Shown: piece after piece, positions 1 to 8,161 of the stretch
Layout: each line of letters begins with the position of its first letter
How positions within the stretch are numbered: the stretch's first letter is position 1
Source: Prochlorococcus sp. AG-409-J16
GTDB taxonomy: Bacteria; Cyanobacteriota; Cyanobacteriia; PCC-6307; Cyanobiaceae
Direction of reading: 5' to 3'
DNA length: 24,000 nucleotides
Assembly (NCBI GenBank): GCA_003215655.1
Contig: QCKB01000009.1
Location: 33,194 to 57,193 of the forward strand
Position numbers and translations under genes: made by a program
Notes under the pieces: model-generated
What the model was told of the DNA's origin: nothing
Database searches by the model: none
What the model saw: only the letters and a program-made list of their open reading frames with translations

Positions 1-1
1 T

Positions 2-892
2 TTTAATCAAATCAGTCAAAAAAAAGAAATTCAGACTTTAAGCAAACGATGGAAGAGACTTTCGTCACAACATCCTGATTTAATAGCAAGTGGATTTATG
101 CTTATTCTAGATAATGGGATGCATGCAAAATTATCTCCAAGTACCCCTCTACCTGCAGCAAGCTCTATAAAGACACCAATACTTTTGGTAACTCTTCAAA
201 TGTTAGATAAAGGGTTAATAGAATGGAACGAACAACTGACACTTACAAAGGAAGTTATCGGTGGAGGAGCAGGTTGGATGGCACTTAAACCAGTTGGAAC
301 AACCTTCCCTCTTCATGAAGTTGCAACCGAAATGATTAGAGTTAGTGACAATACAGCAACTAACTTACTGATTAAAAGGATCGGAGGAAGAGATGTACTT
401 AACCAAAAATTAAATACACTTGGACTAAACGAAACTGTTGTTAATAATTGGCTGCCAGATTTAAAGGGGACTAATACAACAAGCGCCTATGATCTAACTA
501 AATCAATTGCGTTGGTAGATACAGGACAAGTCCTTAGTCGTCGCTCAAGAGATCTTTTTAGAGAAGTAATGGGCTCGTCTAAAAACAATCGCTTACTTCC
601 AACTGGACTACTTCGAGGTGGGCTAGGAAACGAGCGAAGTGAGCCTGATTACAGCCTTTTAATAAAGGGGTATCGCGTATACAACAAAACAGGAGACATT
701 GGAATCTCATATGCAGATGCAGGCCTCATCCAATTACCTAACAACAAAAGGGCCGTGGCAGGATTTATTGTTAAAGGCCCTTTCAACGACCCACGCTCTC
801 CTGAGTTAATAAGAAACATGGCTGCTGCAATGGTTCCCAACCTAAGGCCAACCATTACTTCACCGAACAGCTTTCAAATAAAGAAAGAATAG
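2..892 (+). CDS. class A beta-lactamase-like serine hydrolase / PBP-like protein, 5' truncated by the window start
   Basis: Frame is open from base 2, upstream of the listed start at 98. Contains SxxK (SSIK), SDN (RVSDNTATN) and KTG (YNKTGDIG) motifs in correct order and spacing. Confidence 0.85.
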   Translation, partial: FNQISQKKEIQTLSKRWKRLSSQHPDLIASGFMLILDNGMHAKLSPSTPLPAASSIKTPILLVTLQMLDKGLIEWNEQLTLTKEVIGGGAGWMALKPVGTTFPLHEVATEMIRVSDNTATNLLIKRIGGRDVLNQKLNTLGLNETVVNNWLPDLKGTNTTSAYDLTKSIALVDTGQVLSRRSRDLFREVMGSSKNNRLLPTGLLRGGLGNERSEPDYSLLIKGYRVYNKTGDIGISYADAGLIQLPNNKRAVAGFIVKGPFNDPRSPELIRNMAAAMVPNLRPTITSPNSFQIKKE

Positions 893-1001
893 ATCTTCCT
901 AGATATTGCAATTTATGCCGACCTTGGTACACCTTTGCCATTGATAAAAGCTCTAGGTGACCTAATTATGAAACAATCCCAATGAAGCACGTAAACAAAC
1001 A

Positions 1002-2090
1002 GTGAGTTCACTCAGGAAGCGGAGGGTCTTCCCCTTTACAGCCGTAATCGGCCAGGAAGAGATGAAGTTGGCGTTACTACTCAACGTCATCGACCCACGA
1101 ATTGGCGGGGTAATGATCATGGGAGATCGAGGGACAGGTAAATCAACCACTATTAGAGCTTTAGCGGATCTACTCCCTGGGATTGATGTGGTAACTGGGG
1201 ACCCATATAACAGCTCGCCAGAGGACCCAGACCTTCAAAGCAGTGAGGTACGGCAGAAAGTTGAAGACGGGGAGGACTTATCTATAGAGCAAAAACAAGT
1301 ACCGATGATTGACCTCCCTCTTGGAGCGACAGAAGACCGTTTATGCGGAACAATCGATATTGAGAAAGCATTAAGTGAAGGTATAAGAGCTTTCGAACCA
1401 GGTCTCTTAGCTAAAGCTAATCGAGGCTTGTTATATGTAGATGAGGTGAATTTGCTTGATGACCATCTAGTGGATGTACTTCTTGATTCTGCCGCCTCAG
1501 GTTGGAACACAGTTGAAAGAGAAGGAGTATCAGTTAGACATCCAGCAAGATTCGTATTGATTGGTTCTGGGAATCCTGAGGAAGGAGAACTACGCCCACA
1601 ACTTTTAGATCGATTTGGAATGAGTGTAGAAGTAAGAACTGTTCGTGAGCCTGATCTTCGAGTACAGGTTGTTGACCAAAGAACCGCCTTCGATACCGAC
1701 CCCGACAACTTCGCTAACTCAGTCCAAGAGAGCCAAGAAAAACTTCAAAAGAAAATCATTGAAGCAAAAAATAGACTTGAGAACGTAACTATCGACAATG
1801 ATCTTCGACTAAGTATCTCTTCTGTTTGTGGTGAGCTTGACGTTGATGGTCTACGAGGAGACATCGTTACCAATAGAGCGGCTAGAGCCTTAGCAGCATT
1901 TGAAGGAAGAACAGACGTCACTGAAAATGATATAGCCAGAGTAGTTACTTGCTCTCTTAGACATAGATTAAGAAAAGACCCTTTAGAGCAAATTGATTCT
2001 GGTGACAGAGTTGTAAAAGTGTTTTGCAAAGTTTTTGATCGCAATGAAACTACTGATCAATCAGAGTTTGAATTAGCTATCGCCAACTAA
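1002..2090 (+). CDS. chlI: magnesium chelatase subunit I (AAA+ ATPase)
   Basis: GTG start; Walker [10 protein letters not shown]; [33 protein letters not shown] and [17 protein letters not shown] are characteristic of ChlI/BchI. Confidence 0.97.
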   Translation: MSSLRKRRVFPFTAVIGQEEMKLALLLNVIDPRIGGVMIMGDRGTGKSTTIRALADLLPGIDVVTGDPYNSSPEDPDLQSSEVRQKVEDGEDLSIEQKQVPMIDLPLGATEDRLCGTIDIEKALSEGIRAFEPGLLAKANRGLLYVDEVNLLDDHLVDVLLDSAASGWNTVEREGVSVRHPARFVLIGSGNPEEGELRPQLLDRFGMSVEVRTVREPDLRVQVVDQRTAFDTDPDNFANSVQESQEKLQKKIIEAKNRLENVTIDNDLRLSISSVCGELDVDGLRGDIVTNRAARALAAFEGRTDVTENDIARVVTCSLRHRLRKDPLEQIDSGDRVVKVFCKVFDRNETTDQSEFELAIAN

Positions 2091-2094
2091 AAGA

Positions 2095-2559
2095 TTGCGC
2101 ATCATTGGTATAGACCCAGGTCTTGCAAGGGTGGGGTATGGGGTAATTGAAACCTCATTCAAAGAACCGAAAATGCTGGATTGTGGAATCATTCGAACAG
2201 AAGCAGGGCAACCAGATGGCGAAAGGATGAAAGAAATTGCAGATGACCTTCAAGAACTTCTAAAAACTTGGTCACCTGATTTAGCTGTTGTTGAGAAATT
2301 CTTTTTCTACCGATCAAGCACAACTATTAGCGTTGTGCAGGCTAGAGGTGTTTTGATAATGACTCTAGCTCGGCTAAATGTTCCCATCCTTGAGTTCCCT
2401 CCAATGCAAATAAAACTTGCTCTTACTGGCTCAGGCCATGCAGACAAGGTTGAGGTACTCGAAGCCGTTATGAGAGAGCTAAGACTTGAGACCCCCCCCC
2501 GTCCAGATGATGCAGCAGATGCATTGGCTGCAGCGTTAACAGGTTGGTTCTATAAATAA
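2095..2559 (+). CDS. ruvC: Holliday junction resolvase RuvC
   Basis: TTG start 4 nt after the chlI stop; IIGIDPGLARVGYGVIE, VVEKFFF, and C-terminal RPDDAADALAAAL acidic motif. Confidence 0.95.
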   Translation: MRIIGIDPGLARVGYGVIETSFKEPKMLDCGIIRTEAGQPDGERMKEIADDLQELLKTWSPDLAVVEKFFFYRSSTTISVVQARGVLIMTLARLNVPILEFPPMQIKLALTGSGHADKVEVLEAVMRELRLETPPRPDDAADALAAALTGWFYK

Positions 2560-2708
2560 AAATGGTCAAGAGACTATTAAACTTATAGGGACTAAAAATA
2601 GAGAATTCAATCTGACTTTAAAAATCTTTCCTTGACCAATTTTTCAAAGGTTTAGTATACTTTATGAGACTATTACTAAAAAATTAATTCACTAATTATA
2701 AGACTAGA

Positions 2709-3275
2709 ATGTCTATCACTTCAAGAAAAGTAGAAAAGCGAATTCAATTCAAAAAGATCCGCTCAGATTCAATGCCAAGAGCTGAAGCCAGAATCTTCGA
2801 ACAAGTTTCAAATGCTTTGCAATTAAAAATAGAATCTCAAAAACTTTTCGGCCATCTAGGACTTTATTGGCCTTTGGCTAATGAAGTCGATCTAAGACCT
2901 CTTAAAGATTTCCTCAAAATCCCCCTGGCACTTCCAGCCAGTTTCAAAGACGGGCATCTTTCCTATCATCCTTGGACAACTAAGCCACTAATAAAAGACA
3001 GCAATAATATTCCTGCTCCACTTGATAATCGTGTATTAAACCCTAGGGAATTAGGGCTGTTACTTATACCTGCAATAGCTATGGACCTAAATGGATATCG
3101 TCTTGGCTATGGAGGTGGATTCTTTGACCGCCTTAGAACCAATAAAGAATGGGGCTCTATTCCCGCATTTGGGGTGCTTCCACAAGCTTGTATCTCATTA
3201 GAGCTTTTACCTAGAGAAGTTTGGGATATTCCTCTACATGGATGGATGACAGAAAAAGGACTCACCAATATTTAA
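2709..3275 (+). CDS. 5-formyltetrahydrofolate cyclo-ligase family protein
   Basis: C-terminal GYRLGYGGGFFDR motif and overall length (188 aa). Confidence 0.85.
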   Translation: MSITSRKVEKRIQFKKIRSDSMPRAEARIFEQVSNALQLKIESQKLFGHLGLYWPLANEVDLRPLKDFLKIPLALPASFKDGHLSYHPWTTKPLIKDSNNIPAPLDNRVLNPRELGLLLIPAIAMDLNGYRLGYGGGFFDRLRTNKEWGSIPAFGVLPQACISLELLPREVWDIPLHGWMTEKGLTNI

Positions 3276-3338
3276 TCTGTATCTATAGAGTTAATCTTTA
3301 ATTTGCCGCAACTACATATTTCAACTTGATCCTTTTAC

Positions 3339-3806
3339 ATGCAAGAACCCTCCAAAACTTCCTCCTCCAATTATGGGAGCTCCAATCTCAATAAAATTGT
3401 TGAGAGACTTCAAGGGACTTCAGACCCAAGAAGACGTTACGAATATGTGCTTTGGCTAGCGAAAGCACTCCCTCCTATGCCCCAAGAGCTTAAATCTGAA
3501 CAAATAAAAGTAAAAGGCTGCGTATCAGAAGTCCATATCCTGGGAAGACTCGTCAACGGAAAACTTGCCTGGGTCGGAGACTCAGATGCTCTTATAACAA
3601 GAGGATTATTAGCGATGCTTATAAAAGGACTCAGCGACCTGTCTCCTCAAGAAGTTATGGATATAGATCCAAGTTTCATCAAGGCCACCGGTCTCCATGG
3701 AAGCCTTACACCTTCTCGAGCAAACGGCTTCCTTAATATCCTTTTAAGTATGAAATCCCAAGCGCAACGATTGGCAATGAAAGAATCAAGGCCCACAAGT
3801 TCATAG
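3339..3806 (+). CDS. sufE: SufE-like cysteine desulfuration/sulfur acceptor protein
   Basis: RRYEYVLWLAKALPPMP...IKVKGCVSEVHI motif with Cys in the SufE position; 155 aa. Confidence 0.88.
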   Translation: MQEPSKTSSSNYGSSNLNKIVERLQGTSDPRRRYEYVLWLAKALPPMPQELKSEQIKVKGCVSEVHILGRLVNGKLAWVGDSDALITRGLLAMLIKGLSDLSPQEVMDIDPSFIKATGLHGSLTPSRANGFLNILLSMKSQAQRLAMKESRPTSS

Positions 3807-3839
3807 AGTCCCTCATAAGAACAAGTACTAGGAAAAATC

Positions 3840-5156
3840 ATGGGAAAAAGAATTGGAATAGGTCTGCTAGGTCTTGGAACAGTTGGGGCAGGAGTAGCAA
3901 AGATCCTAAATAGCCCTGAGGGCCGTAACCCACTTCTAAATAACTTGGAGCTGGTAGAGGTTGCAGTAAGAGATTTAGACCGTTTGAGACCTATTGATTT
4001 ACCAAGGTCACTTTTGACCACTAGCCCAGAGAAAGTTATTGAAAACCCCAAAGTTCAAGTTGTTGTCGAGGTTTTAGGTGGCATTGAACCAGCAAGAACT
4101 TTAATTCTCAAAGCAATCGCTTCTGGAAAATCAGTTGTCACTGCTAATAAAGCTGTAATAGCCAGACATGGCCAAGAAATAGCTACAGCCGCATCCGCAG
4201 CAGGGGTTTATGTCCTAATCGAAGCAGCAGTTGGAGGGGGCATTCCAATTATTGAACCCCTTAAACAATCACTAGGTGGGAACAAAATCAGAAAAGTCAG
4301 CGGAATTATTAATGGCACAACCAATTACATCCTTAGTCGGATGGCAAAAGAAGGTATCGCATATAAAGAAGTACTAAAAGTTGCACAAGATTTAGGATAT
4401 GCCGAAGCAGATCCAGCAGCGGATGTCGAAGGTTTGGATGCTGCAGATAAGATCGCCATTTTAAGTGGTTTAGCCTTTGGTGGCTCTATTGACCGCTCCG
4501 AAATACCAACCAAAGGAATAACTAATTTAGAAAAACGTGATGTCGATTATGCGAAGGAACTTGGATATGTGGTGAAACTTCTAGCAACTGCTGAACATCT
4601 CAATTCAAAAACTGAGGGAAACAATTTTCTACCTCTTGCTCTTCAAGTCCAACCAACCCTTATCCCTTTGGAACATCCTCTTGCTGGAGTAAATGGGGTC
4701 AACAACGCAATCCTTATTGAAGGTGATCCAATCGGGGAAGTCATGTTCTATGGGCCTGGCGCAGGCTCTGGACCTACCGCTTCGGCTGTAGTCGCTGACA
4801 TCCTAAATATTGCAGGGATACAGCAAGTAGAAAGTCATACAGGTGAATTGGACCCATTACTGGCCGCATCTAGTTGGCGAAAGTGCTCTCTAGTAAAACC
4901 AGATGCAATCATTCAAAGAAACTACATACGTTTCAATGCAATAAACAAACCAGGAGTTATTGGATTAATTGGCACCCATTTCGGGAATAGGGATGTTTCT
5001 ATCCAATCAATAGTGCAATTCGACACTTCTGATTCAGTCGCAGAAATTGTTGTCATTACTCATCAAGTTAGCCAAGGTCAAATGAAAGATGCCCTAAATG
5101 CAATTACCAAATCGCCTGAAATCAAAGGGGTTTCTGCTCACTATGGCTGCCTCTAA
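3840..5156 (+). CDS. hom: homoserine dehydrogenase
   Basis: GLLGLGTVGAGV nucleotide-binding motif, SVVTANKAVIARHG, GIINGTTNYILSRM, EADPAADVEGLDAADKIAILS, C-terminal ACT-like region. Confidence 0.95.
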   Translation: MGKRIGIGLLGLGTVGAGVAKILNSPEGRNPLLNNLELVEVAVRDLDRLRPIDLPRSLLTTSPEKVIENPKVQVVVEVLGGIEPARTLILKAIASGKSVVTANKAVIARHGQEIATAASAAGVYVLIEAAVGGGIPIIEPLKQSLGGNKIRKVSGIINGTTNYILSRMAKEGIAYKEVLKVAQDLGYAEADPAADVEGLDAADKIAILSGLAFGGSIDRSEIPTKGITNLEKRDVDYAKELGYVVKLLATAEHLNSKTEGNNFLPLALQVQPTLIPLEHPLAGVNGVNNAILIEGDPIGEVMFYGPGAGSGPTASAVVADILNIAGIQQVESHTGELDPLLAASSWRKCSLVKPDAIIQRNYIRFNAINKPGVIGLIGTHFGNRDVSIQSIVQFDTSDSVAEIVVITHQVSQGQMKDALNAITKSPEIKGVSAHYGCL

Positions 5157-5277
5157 TTCAATAACCTAGTACCTTAATGATCAGCTACTGCTTTGAGTTA
5201 TGTATAAATAGGCTCAAAACCTAGTCATCAGACGCTGACGATCTCCAGCAAAGACTGACTGACAGCGCTTTGATGGA

Positions 5278-5523
5278 ATTAATTCGCTAAGTATTGCCAT
5301 AGAAAGACCTACCGTTACTGACCTTCATCAAGGGGACTGCGTACAACTCCTAAGCCATCAGGACCTCTTTCAAGTAATTGGGGTTGATACAGATCACAAC
5401 AGATGCTGGATAAGACGCTGGCCTCTTCTTCCTAAGGGCTCTCCAGTCTTTGAAGTTTCAATTCAACAGATAGCTTTAACTGATAATTCTAAAAACCAAT
5501 CCACTATCCAAGCCCTTGAATAA
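5278..5523 (+). CDS. small conserved-looking protein with non-canonical start (ATT or internal ATT/ATA); absent from the ORF track
   Basis: Manual translation: INSLSIAIERPTVTDLHQGDCVQLLSHQDLFQVIGVDTDHNRCWIRRWPLLPKGSPVFEVSIQQIALTDNSKNQSTIQALE*. Open from the stop at 5260-5262 to TAA at 5521-5523, with no ATG/GTG/TTG. Confidence 0.5.
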   Translation: MNSLSIAIERPTVTDLHQGDCVQLLSHQDLFQVIGVDTDHNRCWIRRWPLLPKGSPVFEVSIQQIALTDNSKNQSTIQALE

Positions 5524-5546
5524 GGGGTAATACCACTTTCATCGTT

Positions 5547-7142
5547 TTGCCCAAACAAGGCAATAAGAAAATTACATTCCCAAGTTTGGTCTTTGCAATC
5601 ACAAGCTTGGTCCTGATAGCTAGCCTGACTGCTTGTAAACCTAAAAGAAATAGTGCTCGAATAATTGTTGGAAGTACAGGAAAAATAACCTCCCTTGATC
5701 CTGCTCAAGCAAACACTTTCCAAACTCTCCAGCTACTAAGGGCACTAGGCGACCCTTTATACAAGTTAGACAACAACGGAAACCTTTCTCCTGTTTTAGC
5801 CTCAGGCCTTCCTCAAATAAGCAATAAAGGTCTAACAGTTTCAATCCCTCTTCGGAAAGATGTTCTTTTTCATGATGGGACAATCTTCGATGCATATGCA
5901 ATGGCTTTTAGCCTCAAACGCTTCACACGAATAGGAACACTTAATTATATTTTAGGAGGTCGAATAGCTTCTATAGAGACTCCAGAAAAATATTTACTAA
6001 GGCTAAGATTAAATCGCCCTTCGAGCTCACTCCAAGGACTACTTACATCAATAAATCTAACTCCTGTTTCTCCAAAAGCTTATGCTGACCACGAAAATAA
6101 TTTCCTAAATAAAAGATTTGTTGGGACAGGCGCCTATAAGCTTTCCAACTTCCAAGTGCAGAAACAACGGTTAGAGCCATTTGAAGAATACTGGGGTGAG
6201 ACTTCAAAGAACAAAGGAATTGACTATATAAATCTAAGTAATTCAACTGCACTCTTTGGAGCAATGAGGACAGGAGAGGTGGATGTATTGATTTCAAACT
6301 CTCTTGACGAAGATCAAAAGCTTGCACTAAATAATATGAAAATTCAAGGAAAGCTGAAAGAGGGAGTTGGCCCAGCCCTCGAAATAGGTTACATTACTCT
6401 ACTAACAAATAAATATCCTTTTAACCAAAAGAGATTACGAAAAGCCTTATCACTTTCGTTAAACAGAGACTTAATTAGCAAGCGAGTAAGCTATGGTCTA
6501 CGTAAACCACTTAGATCCATAATTCCACCAACTCTGAAGGGAGGGAAAGATAATACTTGGCCAAGTTATAATCCTATAGAAGCAAATAAATTATATGAAT
6601 CTGCTGGTTTTTGCCAAGGAAAGCAACTTTCCATTCAATTAACTTTTCGTTCTAATGTTCCAGCAGACAAACTTTTTGCCCTTACATGGCAATCTCAAAT
6701 CAAGCAAGATCTAAACAGCTGCTTAAAACTTTCATTAAATGGAGTTGAATCAACAACGGTTTATCGCCAACTTGGCGAAGGGGCCTTCCAAGCAGTAATT
6801 CTTGACTGGAGGGGAGCCTATCCAGATCCAGAGGCATATCTATATCCATTACTTAGCTGTAGACAAGCAAAAGGTTCAATTTGCGAATCTGGTGAAGCCG
6901 CAATAAGTGGCAGTTTCTGGACTGATAAAGCGATGGAGAGCTCTTTAAGATTAGGAGATCAACTACTTGGTCAGCAAAGGTTCAAGAAGCTTTTATCAAT
7001 AGAAAAAAAAGCTGCTGAAGGCTCTGCTTACCTACCAGTTTGGATTGTCAGGCCCAAGGCTTGGGCTCAACTCCATATCTCAACACCAGAATTTGATAGC
7101 AGCGGAAAGCTTTTGTTAAGTAGATTAAGGGTACTTCGCTAA
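5547..7142 (+). CDS. ABC transporter substrate-binding lipoprotein, family 5 (oligo/dipeptide-type)
   Basis: Lipoprotein signal peptide with lipobox LTAC; GSTGKITSLDPAQANTFQTLQLLRALGDPLY; VGTGAYKL; 531 aa; TTG start. Confidence 0.88.
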   Translation: MPKQGNKKITFPSLVFAITSLVLIASLTACKPKRNSARIIVGSTGKITSLDPAQANTFQTLQLLRALGDPLYKLDNNGNLSPVLASGLPQISNKGLTVSIPLRKDVLFHDGTIFDAYAMAFSLKRFTRIGTLNYILGGRIASIETPEKYLLRLRLNRPSSSLQGLLTSINLTPVSPKAYADHENNFLNKRFVGTGAYKLSNFQVQKQRLEPFEEYWGETSKNKGIDYINLSNSTALFGAMRTGEVDVLISNSLDEDQKLALNNMKIQGKLKEGVGPALEIGYITLLTNKYPFNQKRLRKALSLSLNRDLISKRVSYGLRKPLRSIIPPTLKGGKDNTWPSYNPIEANKLYESAGFCQGKQLSIQLTFRSNVPADKLFALTWQSQIKQDLNSCLKLSLNGVESTTVYRQLGEGAFQAVILDWRGAYPDPEAYLYPLLSCRQAKGSICESGEAAISGSFWTDKAMESSLRLGDQLLGQQRFKKLLSIEKKAAEGSAYLPVWIVRPKAWAQLHISTPEFDSSGKLLLSRLRVLR

Positions 7143-8161
7143 TGAGCAGAGGGAAAGAACTACTTAGATATACCGCTACCCGCTTGGCTTTAACCCCAAT
7201 CATGCTTTGGCTAATAGCAAGCATGGTTTTTTTACTTCTAAGAGTTGCTCCAGGAGACCCTGTTGATGCAGTCCTTGGAAGTAGAGCCTCAGATATTGCC
7301 AGAACTGCATTGAGGGCAAGACTTGGACTAGATCAACCACTATTAACCCAATACTTAGTATTTCTAAAAAAACTCTGTCAAGGAGACCTAGGCCAAGGAC
7401 TTATTAGTGAAGAACCAGTAAGCAAAATAATATCCCAAGCCTTACCAGCCACAATTGAACTAAGCCTAAGCGCACTAATAATTTCAATATTGATTGGCTT
7501 TGCTGTTGGTTTCAGTGGTATTGCACGACCTCAAGGGAAGGTTGATTTTTGGGGTCGAATATATGGAATAAGCACCTATGCAATACCTCCCTTCTGGGCA
7601 GCAATATTAATTCAACTATTTTTCGCCGTAAAATTAGGATGGCTTCCTGTTGGGGGCAGGTTTCCTCCTGGCTTGATAGCTCCTCAAGTTAGTGGCTACC
7701 TAATTCTAGATAGTTTCTTAACCGGTAATTTAACTGCACTTCAAGGAGCTCTCCGGCACCTTTTATTACCTGCAAGCACCTTAGGGATTCTTTTAAGTGG
7801 AATCTTCAGTCGAGCTTTAAGACTAAATCTTGAAAAAACACTTCAATCAGACCACGTAGAAGCTGCTAGAAGTCGAGGAATATCTGAACGACAGGTAATC
7901 CTTAAACATGCTCTACCTAATGCCCTGTTACCAATACTGACCATATTAGGGATAACAATTGCTTCATTAATTGGAGGAGTACTTCTTATTGAAATCACTT
8001 TTTCTTGGCCTGGAATTGCATTACGTCTTCAGGAAGCTATAAATCAGCGAGACTATCCAGTAGTACAAGGAATAGTAGTTGTAATAGCGTCATTAGTAGT
8101 CCTAATTAGCCTTGCAATCGATCTGGTAGTAGCAGCTATTGATCCTAGAGTTCGTTACTGA
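7142..8161 (+). CDS. ABC transporter permease, DppB/OppB type
   Basis: TAATG overlap with the preceding gene; LLLRVAPGDPVDAVLG; HALPNALLPILTILG EAA-loop region; multiple hydrophobic segments. Confidence 0.93.
   Translation: MSRGKELLRYTATRLALTPIMLWLIASMVFLLLRVAPGDPVDAVLGSRASDIARTALRARLGLDQPLLTQYLVFLKKLCQGDLGQGLISEEPVSKIISQALPATIELSLSALIISILIGFAVGFSGIARPQGKVDFWGRIYGISTYAIPPFWAAILIQLFFAVKLGWLPVGGRFPPGLIAPQVSGYLILDSFLTGNLTALQGALRHLLLPASTLGILLSGIFSRALRLNLEKTLQSDHVEAARSRGISERQVILKHALPNALLPILTILGITIASLIGGVLLIEITFSWPGIALRLQEAINQRDYPVVQGIVVVIASLVVLISLAIDLVVAAIDPRVRY

Noticed and set aside
649-2044. Minus-strand ORFs 649..855, 962..1150, 1235..1708 and 1745..2044
   Set aside because: Antisense to the well-supported beta-lactamase-like and chlI genes; compositions are complementary shadows (Ser/Thr-rich) with no motifs.
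3647-4513. Minus-strand ORFs 3647..4051 and 4325..4513
   Set aside because: Antisense to sufE/hom, which carry clear family motifs.
5463-6327. Minus-strand ORFs 5463..5723, 5641..5901 and 6043..6327
   Set aside because: Antisense to the ABC lipoprotein gene; no coherent protein features.
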